64,000 bases of DNA, taken from NCBI GenBank assembly GCA_019058445.1, contig JAHPZA010000009.1, positions 384,001 through 448,000 of the forward strand. The letters run 5' to 3'. This document shows, piece after piece, positions 9,809 through 20,798 of this stretch (position 1 is its first letter; every line of letters starts with the position of its first letter). The translations under genes were made by a program, and so were the position numbers. The notes beneath the pieces are model-generated. The model saw nothing but the letters and a program-made list of their open reading frames with translations. It was not told the origin of the DNA and did no database searches. This DNA comes from Promethearchaeota archaeon (GTDB lineage: Archaea > Asgardarchaeota > Lokiarchaeia > Sigyniarchaeales > SOKP01).

Positions 9809-10360
9809 ATGACAATAAATACCGTACCGAAGGTTTTATATCAAAATCGGATAGCTGAGATTTTAGATGAAGTAAGGGATAACTATGGCAAACTCACCAG
9901 GAATGGGTATATTTATGGCCTTATTGCTATTGATCAAGATGCAAAAATCATCGCCATTGATTCAAGATTCGACCGGAAATTAAATTATTGGGATTTAAGT
10001 TCTATTGGTGCTGCATTATACGGGGTTTCTCGACAAGGACAGGACTTTTTTGAAGCAGATTATCTAGATCGAGCGGCGATTATCTATAATAATTTACAAT
10101 TATTTGTACGATCAATAGGACATGTAAATATTCAAAAAAAAGGTCAAAGGGAAATTCTGATCGTACTTTTGGCAGACAGAGATGTAAATGTGGGAGTCAT
10201 TATATTACAGATGAGTCGATTTGGTCTAAAAATCAAGAACGAAATAGAAAAAAGTGGTACTATTAAGAACACATTGAAAATGAGTGAAAAAGAGCTGAAA
10301 GAACATATCAAAAAGCTTAAAAAGGAAATCTTTAGCGATAAAATTAGCACCACATCGTAG
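9809..10360 (+). CDS. Roadblock/LC7 (MglB-like) protein
   Basis: Roadblock-like pattern (LIAIDQDAKIIA...LSSIGAALYGVS...LIVLLADRDVNVGVI); directly upstream of MglA-like GTPase. Confidence 0.7.
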   Translation: MTINTVPKVLYQNRIAEILDEVRDNYGKLTRNGYIYGLIAIDQDAKIIAIDSRFDRKLNYWDLSSIGAALYGVSRQGQDFFEADYLDRAAIIYNNLQLFVRSIGHVNIQKKGQREILIVLLADRDVNVGVIILQMSRFGLKIKNEIEKSGTIKNTLKMSEKELKEHIKKLKKEIFSDKISTTS

Positions 10361-10377
10361 ACAGCGGGGATTGTTGA

Positions 10378-11028
10378 ATGATTAACTCTAAACAGACCAA
10401 TAAAAGTAGAATTAACGTCAGTAACACTTTGAGCTTTAATGACTGTGATGGAATAATCCAGTTTAAAATTGTGTATTGGGGCCCCGGAGAATCTGGTAAA
10501 ACAACTAACTTTATGAGATTAAAAGAAAAATTTCACTTTATGAAATTATCTAGTAGTTTTTCAATCGAAACCACTGAAGGAAGAACATTATGGCAAGATT
10601 CAGTGTTTTTCTCGTTCAAATTCAATATCAATGAGAAAAAATATATTATTATCACGCAAATAGTAACATGTACCGGACAAGAGAGATTTCTTTCCACACG
10701 GGAATACGTTCTTGAGGGTGCAGATGGGATCATATATGTTGGAGATTCCAACCCCGACATGATTGAGCAGAATAAGCGTAGCTTTCGAGAGCTGATAAAT
10801 TTTACCAAAAATAAAGACATTCTATATGTCGTCCAATTAAATAAAAGAGATTTAGAAAATGCCATTTCTATGTTAGATTTTAAGAAGCAATTGGGTTTAC
10901 CAAGAGAGGATAAATATCCTGATGGTAGCTATGTAGTATATCCTGTAATCGCATTAGAAGGAATAAATGTGGTTAACTGCTTTCAAAATCTGATACTTCA
11001 AGTTGTTATTGAATATTTCAAATTGTAA
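10378..11028 (+). CDS. mglA: MglA-like small GTPase
   Basis: KIVYWGPGESGKTTN, GRTLWQD, TCTGQ, GADGIIYV, QLNKRD. Confidence 0.85.
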   Translation: MINSKQTNKSRINVSNTLSFNDCDGIIQFKIVYWGPGESGKTTNFMRLKEKFHFMKLSSSFSIETTEGRTLWQDSVFFSFKFNINEKKYIIITQIVTCTGQERFLSTREYVLEGADGIIYVGDSNPDMIEQNKRSFRELINFTKNKDILYVVQLNKRDLENAISMLDFKKQLGLPREDKYPDGSYVVYPVIALEGINVVNCFQNLILQVVIEYFKL

Positions 11029-11102
11029 ATGGTTTATAATTCTTAATTAGTGTAGTTTTAGTTCGATTGGATGTTGACTAGTATTATCCCTTTAAAAAAA
11101 AC

Positions 11103-14100
11103 CTAATTTTCATTTGGCAGTAGATCTGGATAAATTGGCTCAAATTTCTCATTAAATAACTTATGATTCATCCAAATTTTATCTCTATCATTCCACTTCA
11201 GGTTTTTCAAAGGATTATATGCATCTAAGTACTTTAAATTACCATAAACGTACTTCATTAAATTTTGTCCATCTATCATATCATTAAGAATTAAATACTT
11301 ATGAATTTTAAAAAATTGGAATAGTAGATCAAAAATTCTTTGAAAATCACTTAGTTCTGTCGAAGGCAAATAAACCTTAATTAATAGTCCATTTTCAAAT
11401 TTCACAATATCAGGATTGCCGTAAATAAAGAATTCCCCCTCAATTTCGTATATAAAGCAATAATTAAAGTAGGAAAAGATTTTTATAAGTGTTTCCATTG
11501 ATTTTTTTTTCAATGAAGGTAATATAATATAAATTTTATCTTGAAAATCTAAATTCTTTAACTTTATATAAGGTACAATTAAATTGGTTTTAATCAAGGT
11601 TGATATTTTATCTATAAGAGAATAGTTTCTTGTACCCATAACCGATTTCAAATCTAATAATTTCCAGGAATAAATTTCAGTTAAATCATTAAATAATTTT
11701 GAACCATAGCTATAATATTTAGAATCATTAAGTGTGTCGAAATCATATCCTTTTGGTTTGGGTATTTGCTTATTAAACTCTGTATCAAATAAAATTTTCT
11801 GTAAATAGACCTTAAATTTACGTGATTCTAATTCCCACCCATATGGGCCTATATTTTGGTTAAAATGAATAATTGGATAGAATTTTTTAATGAAAAAAAT
11901 GCAATATTCACTGATTATTTTTTTAGATTTTGCAAGCCAATTAATATAGGTCATGTTGGGCTTACGATATGGAAATAGATATTTAATAAAAAAGGATGGA
12001 GTGTTGTCTATATAAGCAGGATATTTAATATTCTGAAAACTATTAATAAATAGGAGCTTAAAATCTATTTCATTCATATTAATAGGGCGAATGTGTAGAT
12101 AATATTGTCCGAATCCAAAATTTTGAAATACTGGTTTGAACTTAATTGATTTTATGCATTTTTTAAAAAAATCATTATTTTTAATCTCTTTGAACTTTTC
12201 AACATCTATAAGAACATTCTGAAGATTTTGATGGAACTTTGATAAATTTTGTAATTTGTTAACATTAAAATCTAATTTTTCTCTGGAAACCCTGTCTTCA
12301 ACTTGTTCAACTAATTTTTTAAAATCCTTCTCAGATGACCAAAATATTTCTGGATTTTTTATTTTAGATACTTCAAAAACCTTTAATTTACTACCAAATT
12401 TTTTCTGAATATATCTAAAATACTGATCAAAGAGATCTTTTGTATAAAAAAATTCTTTTCGATCAAGATCATAAAAATCTTTCAGTGTAGCAGATTTAAA
12501 AAAACCATCATAAAAATATCTTTTTAAACTAATGAGATTTTCATTGAATAAATTAAAAAAAATCGATAAGATGAATTCTTTTTCTTTTATATTTGGAAGA
12601 TAAATTTGAACAAGTCTTAATTCTGCTTTGTTATTTATTTCAATACCAGCGTCATTAATAACTCGAGGAAAATATTTTTTTATTTTATTAAGAATATTTC
12701 TTGTTCGAAGATTATCTTCTAAAATTAGCTCTATAAAATATTTAGCAAAACTGGTTGTATTAATAGTATTTATTAATAATGGTTTTAAAACAGGTAATTC
12801 ATATGTTAAAAAAGAATCTAATACGTCTTCTATATCTTTACTTGTAATGTTGCTAAGTTTGTAATTTTGAAATATATTCATTATTTTTTCTTCTTTTGTT
12901 CTATAAATTTTTGTTACAATATCTTTATCTTCTATAATTTTCGATATTGCTTTTAAATCAAAAATTTTTAACTTTGAACATAATTTAAAGAAGTTGAAAT
13001 AAGTTTGGTATTTTTTAATTTCTTTATTAAATTCTATCTTATTTGTAAAATATATAGGAATTAAATCGCGATTTAGTAATTTTTGGATCTTATGGTTTTT
13101 AAGGATAATATTATCGTCAATATTTGGAGAGATGCTTTTATTTTTAATAATTTCTTGAAATTGGAATGTATTTTTAACTTCGGAGTTTTTATTTAAAAAA
13201 GTTTTTATTAATCTCACGCCGGTTAAAAGATTCTTTAATATTTCTAGAATATAGAAGAAGCCAAAACTTTTATTTAAATCTAGAAAGTTTAGAAATTTCT
13301 TTTTAACTTCAAGATTTTCTTGAAATGATTCGATATTATTTCTTAATCTACTTATTAATCTACGTTGACTTAATATTTCATTAAATAAATCAGATTTTAT
13401 CGTTCTAGTTGTCTCAGTTTGTCTTTCGAAGCTAAATCCATCCATTGACCATTGATATGCTCTATTAATAACCACGTAATCTAAAATTGAGAGTTTGAAA
13501 AAATTTTCTTTTCGGTCAAATTTTAATTTAAAATCTATTTCATTATTTTTGTTGTATTGAATATGGTCTGGATTTACCAGTCTTCCTCTTCTATAAAATT
13601 CTCTAAAATAATTGAGATTTAAAAAATTACCTGTATCATTAGTTAAAAAACAAGATTTTTCGATAAGATATCCAAAATTCACTAGTCTATTTAAAAAATC
13701 ACCTAAATCCTTTTGATAACTTAAAGGTATTACGAACCATCCTGAGACCTCGATTGCAAAATTATTTTCACTCGACTTTGAGTATACAAAAAAGGGAAGA
13801 TTTTCTATAATTTGATTAATTTTAGATTTCTCTAAAGTTGGATTAAAAGTTAATTTGCAAAAATTCACGCCAGCATTAATTAGTTTATAATTAATTCTAT
13901 ATGATGGACCAATATAACTGAATCTATTAATCCAACGTGTGTTATTACTAAATTTTCTCAAACTAAGATCTGTTTGTAATTCTCCATTCTCTATAAATCT
14001 TTTAAAGTGATTTTGATAATCTAATAATGCCTTATAACTTTGTACTTTATAGAAAATTCTGATTAAAACTCTAATAGTCTCAATTATTTCGTCACTATAT

Positions 14101-14774
14101 ATTGATTTAGAAGATTTTAAAATAAATTCTTTTAAAAATTTGTCATGAAATTCTTCAGATTCATCATCAATTAAATAAATATTTTTCCTAATGTATGTAA
14201 AAAATAATTTTATAGGACTTTCGGTTGTTTCATCACCTTTCATTTTAAGGAATTTTTCAAGTTTGTCAAATTCAGCTGCTAAAAAATCATAGTCTAAAAT
14301 ATGACTCCGCATTAAGTGTTTCCATTCTTTAATAATTTCAAATTTATCTAAGTTTATTTCTACAATCTGATTGATAATAATCTTTATACCTTCGTTATCT
14401 TTGAGTGTGTCTGGGACAAAACAGTAATAAGCTTCTCTTAATAGAATGATGGGTAAATAATTTTGATATTCCTTGAAGATTTTAATAGTGAGGAGGTTAT
14501 TATAAAGATTTTTTTTCACACCAATATCAAGTATGTTTTGTTTTTCAAAGTCAATATCTTCTTTATCTACTTCGTATGTAATTTTAAAATTTGAATTAAT
14601 AATATCTAAATTGAGATAAACACTAATTTCATTAAGTAAATTAAGAAAAATTTGATTTAGATCTTTTAAATTATTTAGTTCTTCTAATTTTTGCAGATCT
14701 TTAAAATTTAAGTTACTCATAAATCTATTATCAAAAATTATAGGTATTTTAGTTTTTCTATTTAATGTTACCAC
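11103..14774 (-). CDS. Large (1223 aa) hypothetical protein, possibly with tandem Lrp/AsnC-like modules; real start may be the ATG at 14720
   Basis: Long ORF, no TM segments; recurring linker-like motifs (IGPSYRINYKLI, IKFKPVFQNFGF, IVPYIKLKNLDF). Confidence 0.6.
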   Translation of the reverse strand: MVTLNRKTKIPIIFDNRFMSNLNFKDLQKLEELNNLKDLNQIFLNLLNEISVYLNLDIINSNFKITYEVDKEDIDFEKQNILDIGVKKNLYNNLLTIKIFKEYQNYLPIILLREAYYCFVPDTLKDNEGIKIIINQIVEINLDKFEIIKEWKHLMRSHILDYDFLAAEFDKLEKFLKMKGDETTESPIKLFFTYIRKNIYLIDDESEEFHDKFLKEFILKSSKSIYSDEIIETIRVLIRIFYKVQSYKALLDYQNHFKRFIENGELQTDLSLRKFSNNTRWINRFSYIGPSYRINYKLINAGVNFCKLTFNPTLEKSKINQIIENLPFFVYSKSSENNFAIEVSGWFVIPLSYQKDLGDFLNRLVNFGYLIEKSCFLTNDTGNFLNLNYFREFYRRGRLVNPDHIQYNKNNEIDFKLKFDRKENFFKLSILDYVVINRAYQWSMDGFSFERQTETTRTIKSDLFNEILSQRRLISRLRNNIESFQENLEVKKKFLNFLDLNKSFGFFYILEILKNLLTGVRLIKTFLNKNSEVKNTFQFQEIIKNKSISPNIDDNIILKNHKIQKLLNRDLIPIYFTNKIEFNKEIKKYQTYFNFFKLCSKLKIFDLKAISKIIEDKDIVTKIYRTKEEKIMNIFQNYKLSNITSKDIEDVLDSFLTYELPVLKPLLINTINTTSFAKYFIELILEDNLRTRNILNKIKKYFPRVINDAGIEINNKAELRLVQIYLPNIKEKEFILSIFFNLFNENLISLKRYFYDGFFKSATLKDFYDLDRKEFFYTKDLFDQYFRYIQKKFGSKLKVFEVSKIKNPEIFWSSEKDFKKLVEQVEDRVSREKLDFNVNKLQNLSKFHQNLQNVLIDVEKFKEIKNNDFFKKCIKSIKFKPVFQNFGFGQYYLHIRPINMNEIDFKLLFINSFQNIKYPAYIDNTPSFFIKYLFPYRKPNMTYINWLAKSKKIISEYCIFFIKKFYPIIHFNQNIGPYGWELESRKFKVYLQKILFDTEFNKQIPKPKGYDFDTLNDSKYYSYGSKLFNDLTEIYSWKLLDLKSVMGTRNYSLIDKISTLIKTNLIVPYIKLKNLDFQDKIYIILPSLKKKSMETLIKIFSYFNYCFIYEIEGEFFIYGNPDIVKFENGLLIKVYLPSTELSDFQRIFDLLFQFFKIHKYLILNDMIDGQNLMKYVYGNLKYLDAYNPLKNLKWNDRDKIWMNHKLFNEKFEPIYPDLLPNEN

Positions 14775-14904
14775 GTTTTCTCGAATAAATCTTGAAATAG
14801 ATAAACATTAACAAGTATCTCCTCTTTATGATTATTTTGTTTTACCTTATTTAAATTAGTTATTATATAATCTAATAAATAACAAGGAGAGTATTCTTTT
14901 TAAT

Positions 14905-16500
14905 TTAGTTATTTGTATTCCTTAACATTAACTTCTTATACAAATTAAAATTAACAAAGTTTTGCTTTTTTAAGGATAATAATCTAAAAACTGAATAGAA
15001 TGGATTACGTAATGCATTTTGAACTTTTATTATCTCCTTTATAAATTTAAAATTTAAAGTTAGTGAATCCATAAAATTGAAATCCTTACTTGGATCAACA
15101 ATCATAGAATAATATGGTTGTTTTTCGTTAAAAATCTTCCACCAATTTTTGTAATAAATTTTTGCGCCGTATTTATTTTGGGCCTGACTATACACTTCTG
15201 ATCCCGAGAAAGCGAGGTATTTATTAAATCTTATGTTAATCTTATATTTTTCAGCTAAAGATTTTCCATCACCTCTTTTTTGAAAGAAAAAATCCCAATT
15301 TTCTTGGATTGTACTTCTATCCTCACCAGGTAACCCCATTAAAATGTAATAACTTATCGGTAAATCTAATTTATTTGCTTCTCTAATGATTTCCTCAAAT
15401 TTCATTAGATATCTATTAATACCTCTTTTGATTTGCTCTTCATTTTTGCCACATATTTTTCCCATTCTATATAGTAAGGTTTTTGAGCAAGATTCTAACC
15501 CTATCCTGAGAAATATGTTAAATTTTTTATAAATTTCTAAATCTTCTATATTGCATGTATCTACTCTCGTTTCTATACGTAATTGAAATGGCAATCCACC
15601 TTCTTCTTGGTATATTCTCTCTAATTCCTTAAAAAACTGTTCTCTTAACGATTTTTTAGGTAAAAAAATCATATCCGAGATTTCAACTTGTTTAACTGAT
15701 AACCACTTTGTATTTTTAATCACATTTAATTCCTCGATACATTTTTTCACTGGTTTTACTCTTAGCGTTTTATAACCATCTAAGAAGCTTTCTGAATTAG
15801 GACAAAAATTACATCTGAAGATACAACCTCTAGTAAATTCTAAAAAAATTCTATTATTTTTTTTTATAATGTTTTTATATTTTTCATATAAACTCAAATC
15901 AATAATTGGTATATCATCAAGGTTTGATACTAATTCTGGTTCCAAAATAATACAATTTTTAGATAAAGAATTTCTTCTATTGATTTTGTTGTTTAATAAA
16001 TCCTTCACTAATTTAAAAAAAGGAAGCTCTCCTTCATCCTTAATTAGATAATCAAAAGGAGAAGTATTTTGAGGATACTCTTCACTTATAAAGTTTGGGA
16101 AGCTAGCCGGTTGGAAATCTTCCGGATTTATAGTAGCATGTGGACCGCCTACTACTATAATACATTTTGGATTAATGAATTTCTTTATCAAATTAGCAGT
16201 TTCAATTGTATTTATATAACTATATCCCCCATAACAAGAGATTGCGACTAAATTAAATTTAAATTTTTTATAGTTTTCTTTTAATAATTTTCTAAGTTTA
16301 TTCCTATAAATTTGAAGATTTTTTGGAATAAATTCAGGTAAGTTTTCATATCTTAAATCTAGGTATTTCTCATCGACTAATCCATTTAGCTCTTTTTCTT
16401 TAGAGTTTAAGAAATTAGAAATTCGTATAAAACTATTCAATAAAAAAGGCGTACCATATGACTCAAATGGATAAATATACAAGATTTTGATATTGTTCAT
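14905..16500 (-). CDS. Cobalamin-binding radical SAM protein
   Basis: VAISC and IVVGGPHAT (B12 domain); TRGCIFRCNFC (CxxxCxxC); GLES; GLPGE. Confidence 0.92.
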   Translation of the reverse strand: MNNIKILYIYPFESYGTPFLLNSFIRISNFLNSKEKELNGLVDEKYLDLRYENLPEFIPKNLQIYRNKLRKLLKENYKKFKFNLVAISCYGGYSYINTIETANLIKKFINPKCIIVVGGPHATINPEDFQPASFPNFISEEYPQNTSPFDYLIKDEGELPFFKLVKDLLNNKINRRNSLSKNCIILEPELVSNLDDIPIIDLSLYEKYKNIIKKNNRIFLEFTRGCIFRCNFCPNSESFLDGYKTLRVKPVKKCIEELNVIKNTKWLSVKQVEISDMIFLPKKSLREQFFKELERIYQEEGGLPFQLRIETRVDTCNIEDLEIYKKFNIFLRIGLESCSKTLLYRMGKICGKNEEQIKRGINRYLMKFEEIIREANKLDLPISYYILMGLPGEDRSTIQENWDFFFQKRGDGKSLAEKYKINIRFNKYLAFSGSEVYSQAQNKYGAKIYYKNWWKIFNEKQPYYSMIVDPSKDFNFMDSLTLNFKFIKEIIKVQNALRNPFYSVFRLLSLKKQNFVNFNLYKKLMLRNTNN

Positions 16501-16651
16501 TGTTTAGTTCATTTAATTTTGTCTTAATATTTAATTTTAAAAAAATAATTAAAACTCTATTAATTTTTTTCTTTAAAAAATAAGAATATATTTAATTTTA
16601 AGAAATAACAAATTATTTAAACGAAATTTTAAAAATTTTTATTTTAGAAGT

Positions 16652-17827
16652 ATGAATTATAATAAAAGAAATGTTTTAGTTTATTTCTATACTTATTTTG
16701 TTGCACAGTTAATTTTTGTTTATGTAAATGTATATTTGCCAATTTATTTCTTCAATGTCTTGGATGTTGACAGAAGCTTACTTGCTTTTATCCAAATTTT
16801 CGCTTATTCAGCATTATTAATAAAACCCGTAATAGCAATTTTCTTTGATAAAGCAAATTCTCCAATAAAAATCCTAATCTTTTTAAGTTCTATAGGTATT
16901 TCAATAAGCTTCATATGCTTTATCTTTTATTTGAATTATATTATAGTTTTTGGTGTCTTTCTTTCAATTAATTTTGCTTGTGTTTCGATTATGGATGTAG
17001 CAATTGATAAAATAATCGTTGATATCTCTCCAGATGAAAAAGCAAAGGATCGTAATGCATTATTTACTAGATTAGGTGCCTTCATGGGAGCGCTTTTTCC
17101 TAACATTATTTCAATTATAATTTTTACAAATATTTATTCAATTTCAATTTGGAACCAATTTTTTTTAATTGGTGTTTTAGCAACAATCCCTTTAATCTTT
17201 ATGAGCTTATTATTAAATGAAAAGCTAAATAGTATAAAAAATAGTGAAAACTTAAACGAAGAGATAAGTATAAGTCAAGCCAAGAAAAAAAATATTCTTT
17301 TATTAAGCATTTTTTCATTTCTCAAATATTCAGAGAGATTATATGAATATCCGCTTGAGCCTTGGATTTTAAATAAATATGGAGAACAATATTTCTCCCT
17401 ATTCGTGTTGCTTTTTATAGTTTTAATAATAATTAATACAATTGGATTAATTATCGCAGGACTAGTTTCAAATAGGTTTGATAGAATAAAAATTTTAATG
17501 ATTTCATCTATTTTATATGGAACCCTAATGATTATTGCCCCTTTTACTGATCTAATTACTTTTTTTATAATATTAGGATTTATGCAATTATTTGATGGAT
17601 TTATATTAATAAATTTAATCGCACTGATGATTGATATCTCAAAAAAAAAAGTTTTATACTACCAAATAATTGCAACCTTTATGATAATTGCTGCAGTAAT
17701 ACTAGTTCCATTAGGTACTTATTTATCGTCATTTATAGCAACTGAGCTACTTATTGTGATAGCAGGTGTTTTGACTATTATTTCAATCATTCCACTCATT
17801 TTTTTAAAAAATTATAAGAATAAATAA
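16652..17827 (+). CDS. MFS transporter (AmpG/BT1-like)
   Basis: About 12 TM helices; IKPV, DVAID, GLVSNRFDRIK (motif A-like). Confidence 0.85.
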   Translation: MNYNKRNVLVYFYTYFVAQLIFVYVNVYLPIYFFNVLDVDRSLLAFIQIFAYSALLIKPVIAIFFDKANSPIKILIFLSSIGISISFICFIFYLNYIIVFGVFLSINFACVSIMDVAIDKIIVDISPDEKAKDRNALFTRLGAFMGALFPNIISIIIFTNIYSISIWNQFFLIGVLATIPLIFMSLLLNEKLNSIKNSENLNEEISISQAKKKNILLLSIFSFLKYSERLYEYPLEPWILNKYGEQYFSLFVLLFIVLIIINTIGLIIAGLVSNRFDRIKILMISSILYGTLMIIAPFTDLITFFIILGFMQLFDGFILINLIALMIDISKKKVLYYQIIATFMIIAAVILVPLGTYLSSFIATELLIVIAGVLTIISIIPLIFLKNYKNK

Positions 17828-17858
17828 CTTTTTGTTATCTATTATTTTTATATTTAAT

Positions 17859-18704
17859 TTAATTGGATTCATAGCAATATCCTATAAAAATTATTATTAT
17901 TATTACTAAATCAAAGAGTTCAGCAAAAATTAAAAAAATGGCTGAATAACCAATTGTTTGTCTCCTTAGTGGCAAAGTCATAATAGAGATAATATATAAG
18001 ATTAAATCTATAAAAAACGCTAATGATATTAATAATGGTCTACCCTGAAAAGAGTGCTTTTTTCCATAAGAATAATAAAAAGTGAAAGAAATCCATATTA
18101 ATGAGGATATATGAAAGCTTATTAATATCAAGCCTAAAATTATTGAATTCGGTGTTAAAATAATTATAGTTGATTCTGAAATGGATAATACTATTATCAC
18201 TATAGAATTCAATTTGTTTCTATAATGAGTATCAATTAGATTTTTATGATTTTTGTTAATTGATGATAATACAATATCTATACCTATAAAAATTAACGGT
18301 GCTGCGGTTAAAACAATAAGTATATATCGAATTTTTAATAAATTTAAAATAGCAGATTCCCCAGCAGTATAAAAAGTGAGTATATAGAGTAAGTTAATAA
18401 GCTTTCCATACACTAATCCTAAAAAAAAAAGGCCAAATAAAAAATTAGCATCTGTAAAATGCATTTCTTTTTGTTTACACCATTGCCAAAAGGCGTAAAT
18501 CATCATTCCGATTGTAATAGATATCCTGAATAAAATAAAGATAGTAATACTCCACATACCCTCATATCGATTAAGTGAGTTTTTGATTGCTGTAAAATGA
18601 GATATGTATAAATAGAATATGCCTACAAAACCACCTATGATAATTGTGAACAGAAATGATTTAATTTTATTTTTTTTTTGCAAATTATTCTTACTCTTAT
18701 TCAA
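17859..18704 (-). CDS. Polytopic membrane protein (about 7-8 TM)
   Basis: Alternating hydrophobic helices. Confidence 0.7.
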   Translation of the reverse strand: MNKSKNNLQKKNKIKSFLFTIIIGGFVGIFYLYISHFTAIKNSLNRYEGMWSITIFILFRISITIGMMIYAFWQWCKQKEMHFTDANFLFGLFFLGLVYGKLINLLYILTFYTAGESAILNLLKIRYILIVLTAAPLIFIGIDIVLSSINKNHKNLIDTHYRNKLNSIVIIVLSISESTIIILTPNSIILGLILISFHISSLIWISFTFYYSYGKKHSFQGRPLLISLAFFIDLILYIISIMTLPLRRQTIGYSAIFLIFAELFDLVIIIIIFIGYCYESN

Positions 18705-18866
18705 TTGAGAAAATTATATCTATAATAACTATAATGATAATACAAGCGAATCTTCCTTAAATTAAAACATTTTATTTTTTTAAATAATCGATTTAAAGAA
18801 CACTAAAATAAAAGTAAAGTTTCAGTTATTTTAAAATTCACATAAAAAGAAATAAAGTTTATGTTT

Positions 18867-19600
18867 TCAAATTGGAATTTTATTCTTTTCTATAATCCAT
18901 TTGTTTGTTAAGAAAGTTTGATTAATCCCTATATCTGGCGTATATTGAGAATGAATTGTCGATTTTGGAAACCAAACTTCCTGACCAGATGGAAAAACAA
19001 TAAGTAGTGCTTTTTCAGTTTCAGCTTTAATAGATCCATTAATTTCGATCTTTGCATCATCTAACTCATTTGATTTTATAATAGTGGTCTCTAAGATTGT
19101 ATTTTCATCTATATTAATTTTTTTTGATCTAATCTCATTTGAAGATTGGATTTGCTCAAGATCAGCATCTTTCTTTTAAGATATGTTTGAAGTAGTAGCA
19201 AATTCAATCTTTTCTTTAAGTAAATGCTTTAATAATAATTTAAATATCTCTATTTGAGCTATTCCGAGCATTTTTGGTAATTTCCGATATTTATCCATAG
19301 TTTTTCTTCTTGATTATTTTCCCAACTGAAAGAAATTGACGTATTATTGTCTTTATATTTATGATAGCTAGACCAAGAATCGATTTTACGTTTTAAAACT
19401 TGCAAAATCATTACCATTTCGTCCAAAGAACATCGAATAGTTTTTCCTTCACCCTGAGTTGGTTTTTCCCAAGCATTATTTGGTTTTTTCTTAATGCATC
19501 TTAAAAACACATAAGGCTCATGTTTGGAAGAACTCTGGAGTATTAAACCAGTTGATTGTCCAAAAAAACTTTGGCTATGGGTATCTGTCATTTTTATCAT
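18867..19600 (-). pseudogene. Disrupted hypothetical protein gene (1-nt frameshift near 19275 and in-frame TAA near 19177)
   Basis: After ...INIGNY a shifted frame reads KMLGIAQIEIFKLLLKHLLKEKIEFATTSNIS*KKDAD...AETEKALLIVFPSGQEVWFPKSTIHS...WIIEKNKIPI* ending at 18867. Confidence 0.7.
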
Positions 19601-19825
19601 ATAACCTAATATTTTGCAGTTTTTAAGATAAAACAGGTAATTAGTTTTTTATAATTTCAAATTATTTAAAGAAAAAGTATGGAAACAATTGATCTAAATT
19701 ACATAGAGTTAACTTTATATTATCAAACAAACTAAGATTTAAATTCTTCATAAATTAGCTTAGAGTCATTTATTATAAATGATAAAAGCCTTTTAGCGTT
19801 TAATAGACGATGTATGTGATATATT

Positions 19826-20659
19826 ATTAGTGAATTATACCCTCAATTAAACACAAAATCAGAATCCTTATATCATAAGGCAATCAAACAACTCATTTAC
19901 AAATACATTCTAAATTCAAATAAAAGTATTATTGAAAGCTCAACTGAGAAATATTTTAAAACCCGAAGAGCAGATCTTTTTTTTGAACTCCGCGATGGTA
20001 AAAAAGTTGTTATAGAGGTACAGCATTCAAAAATTACAACCAAAGAAATAATTGAAAGGACTCAAGAATATAATCAAAAAGGAATGTTTGTCTTGTGGAT
20101 CTTACATGGGAAAGGAAATTGCATCTCATGTCCCAAATTTCCTGAAAATATAAAATATGTTAAAATAAGTCCCGCTGAGAATACCCTTCATAAGATATAT
20201 GGAGGGAGAGTGTATTATGTGAATGTGAATGAATATTTCCATAAAATAACGATAACTTTTCCTTTCGCTATACATTACTCCCTTTCGGATAAAAAGCCAA
20301 GAAAATTGTTACGAAAGAATTTTAAATATTATTATTATAGAAATGCAAATTTCACAATGATTAATAACTGGAAATTACTCTGTGTTGAATATAATGGATT
20401 TAAAATAGCTAGGTTTTATGATAAAAATATTAAAACCTCCCTGAAAAATCAAATCTTTAATTTTATTCAAGAGTTCACAAAAAATTATCCCCAAAATTAT
20501 GAGAAGAGATCTAAAACTAAGAAATTAGTAAAAAATATCATCAAAAAATTCAATGTAGAATATGGAAAAACCATTATTATTGATTCGCTTTACCTTTTGA
20601 TCGATCAAATTCAAATTAATCAGAAATATATCAATCAAATCAGAAATAAGTATCGATAA
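19826..20659 (+). CDS. CoiA-like PD-(D/E)xK nuclease; probable ATT start (ORF track truncates it to 20084)
   Basis: Frame open from 19820; upstream part encodes ESLYHKAIK...RRADLFF...VVIEVQHS...RTQEYNQKGMFVLWI, the CoiA nuclease motif set. Confidence 0.75.
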   Translation: MSELYPQLNTKSESLYHKAIKQLIYKYILNSNKSIIESSTEKYFKTRRADLFFELRDGKKVVIEVQHSKITTKEIIERTQEYNQKGMFVLWILHGKGNCISCPKFPENIKYVKISPAENTLHKIYGGRVYYVNVNEYFHKITITFPFAIHYSLSDKKPRKLLRKNFKYYYYRNANFTMINNWKLLCVEYNGFKIARFYDKNIKTSLKNQIFNFIQEFTKNYPQNYEKRSKTKKLVKNIIKKFNVEYGKTIIIDSLYLLIDQIQINQKYINQIRNKYR

Positions 20660-20798
20660 AGCTCATTTTTACATCTTCCCACGAGAAATTTGAGCAATAC
20701 TAAATTTTAAAAAATAGGTTAATTTAAAAAAAAGTATATTAAAGATTATTATTATTAGAAACTAAATTATAAAACAAATTTATATAAGGTGAAAAACC

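Noticed and set aside
19814-19819. ATG-TGA in frame with the CoiA-like gene as possible Sec at codon 2
   Set aside because: No SECIS-like element seen after 20659, no rationale for Sec in a nuclease, and GTGAT is more simply the SD for the ATT start.
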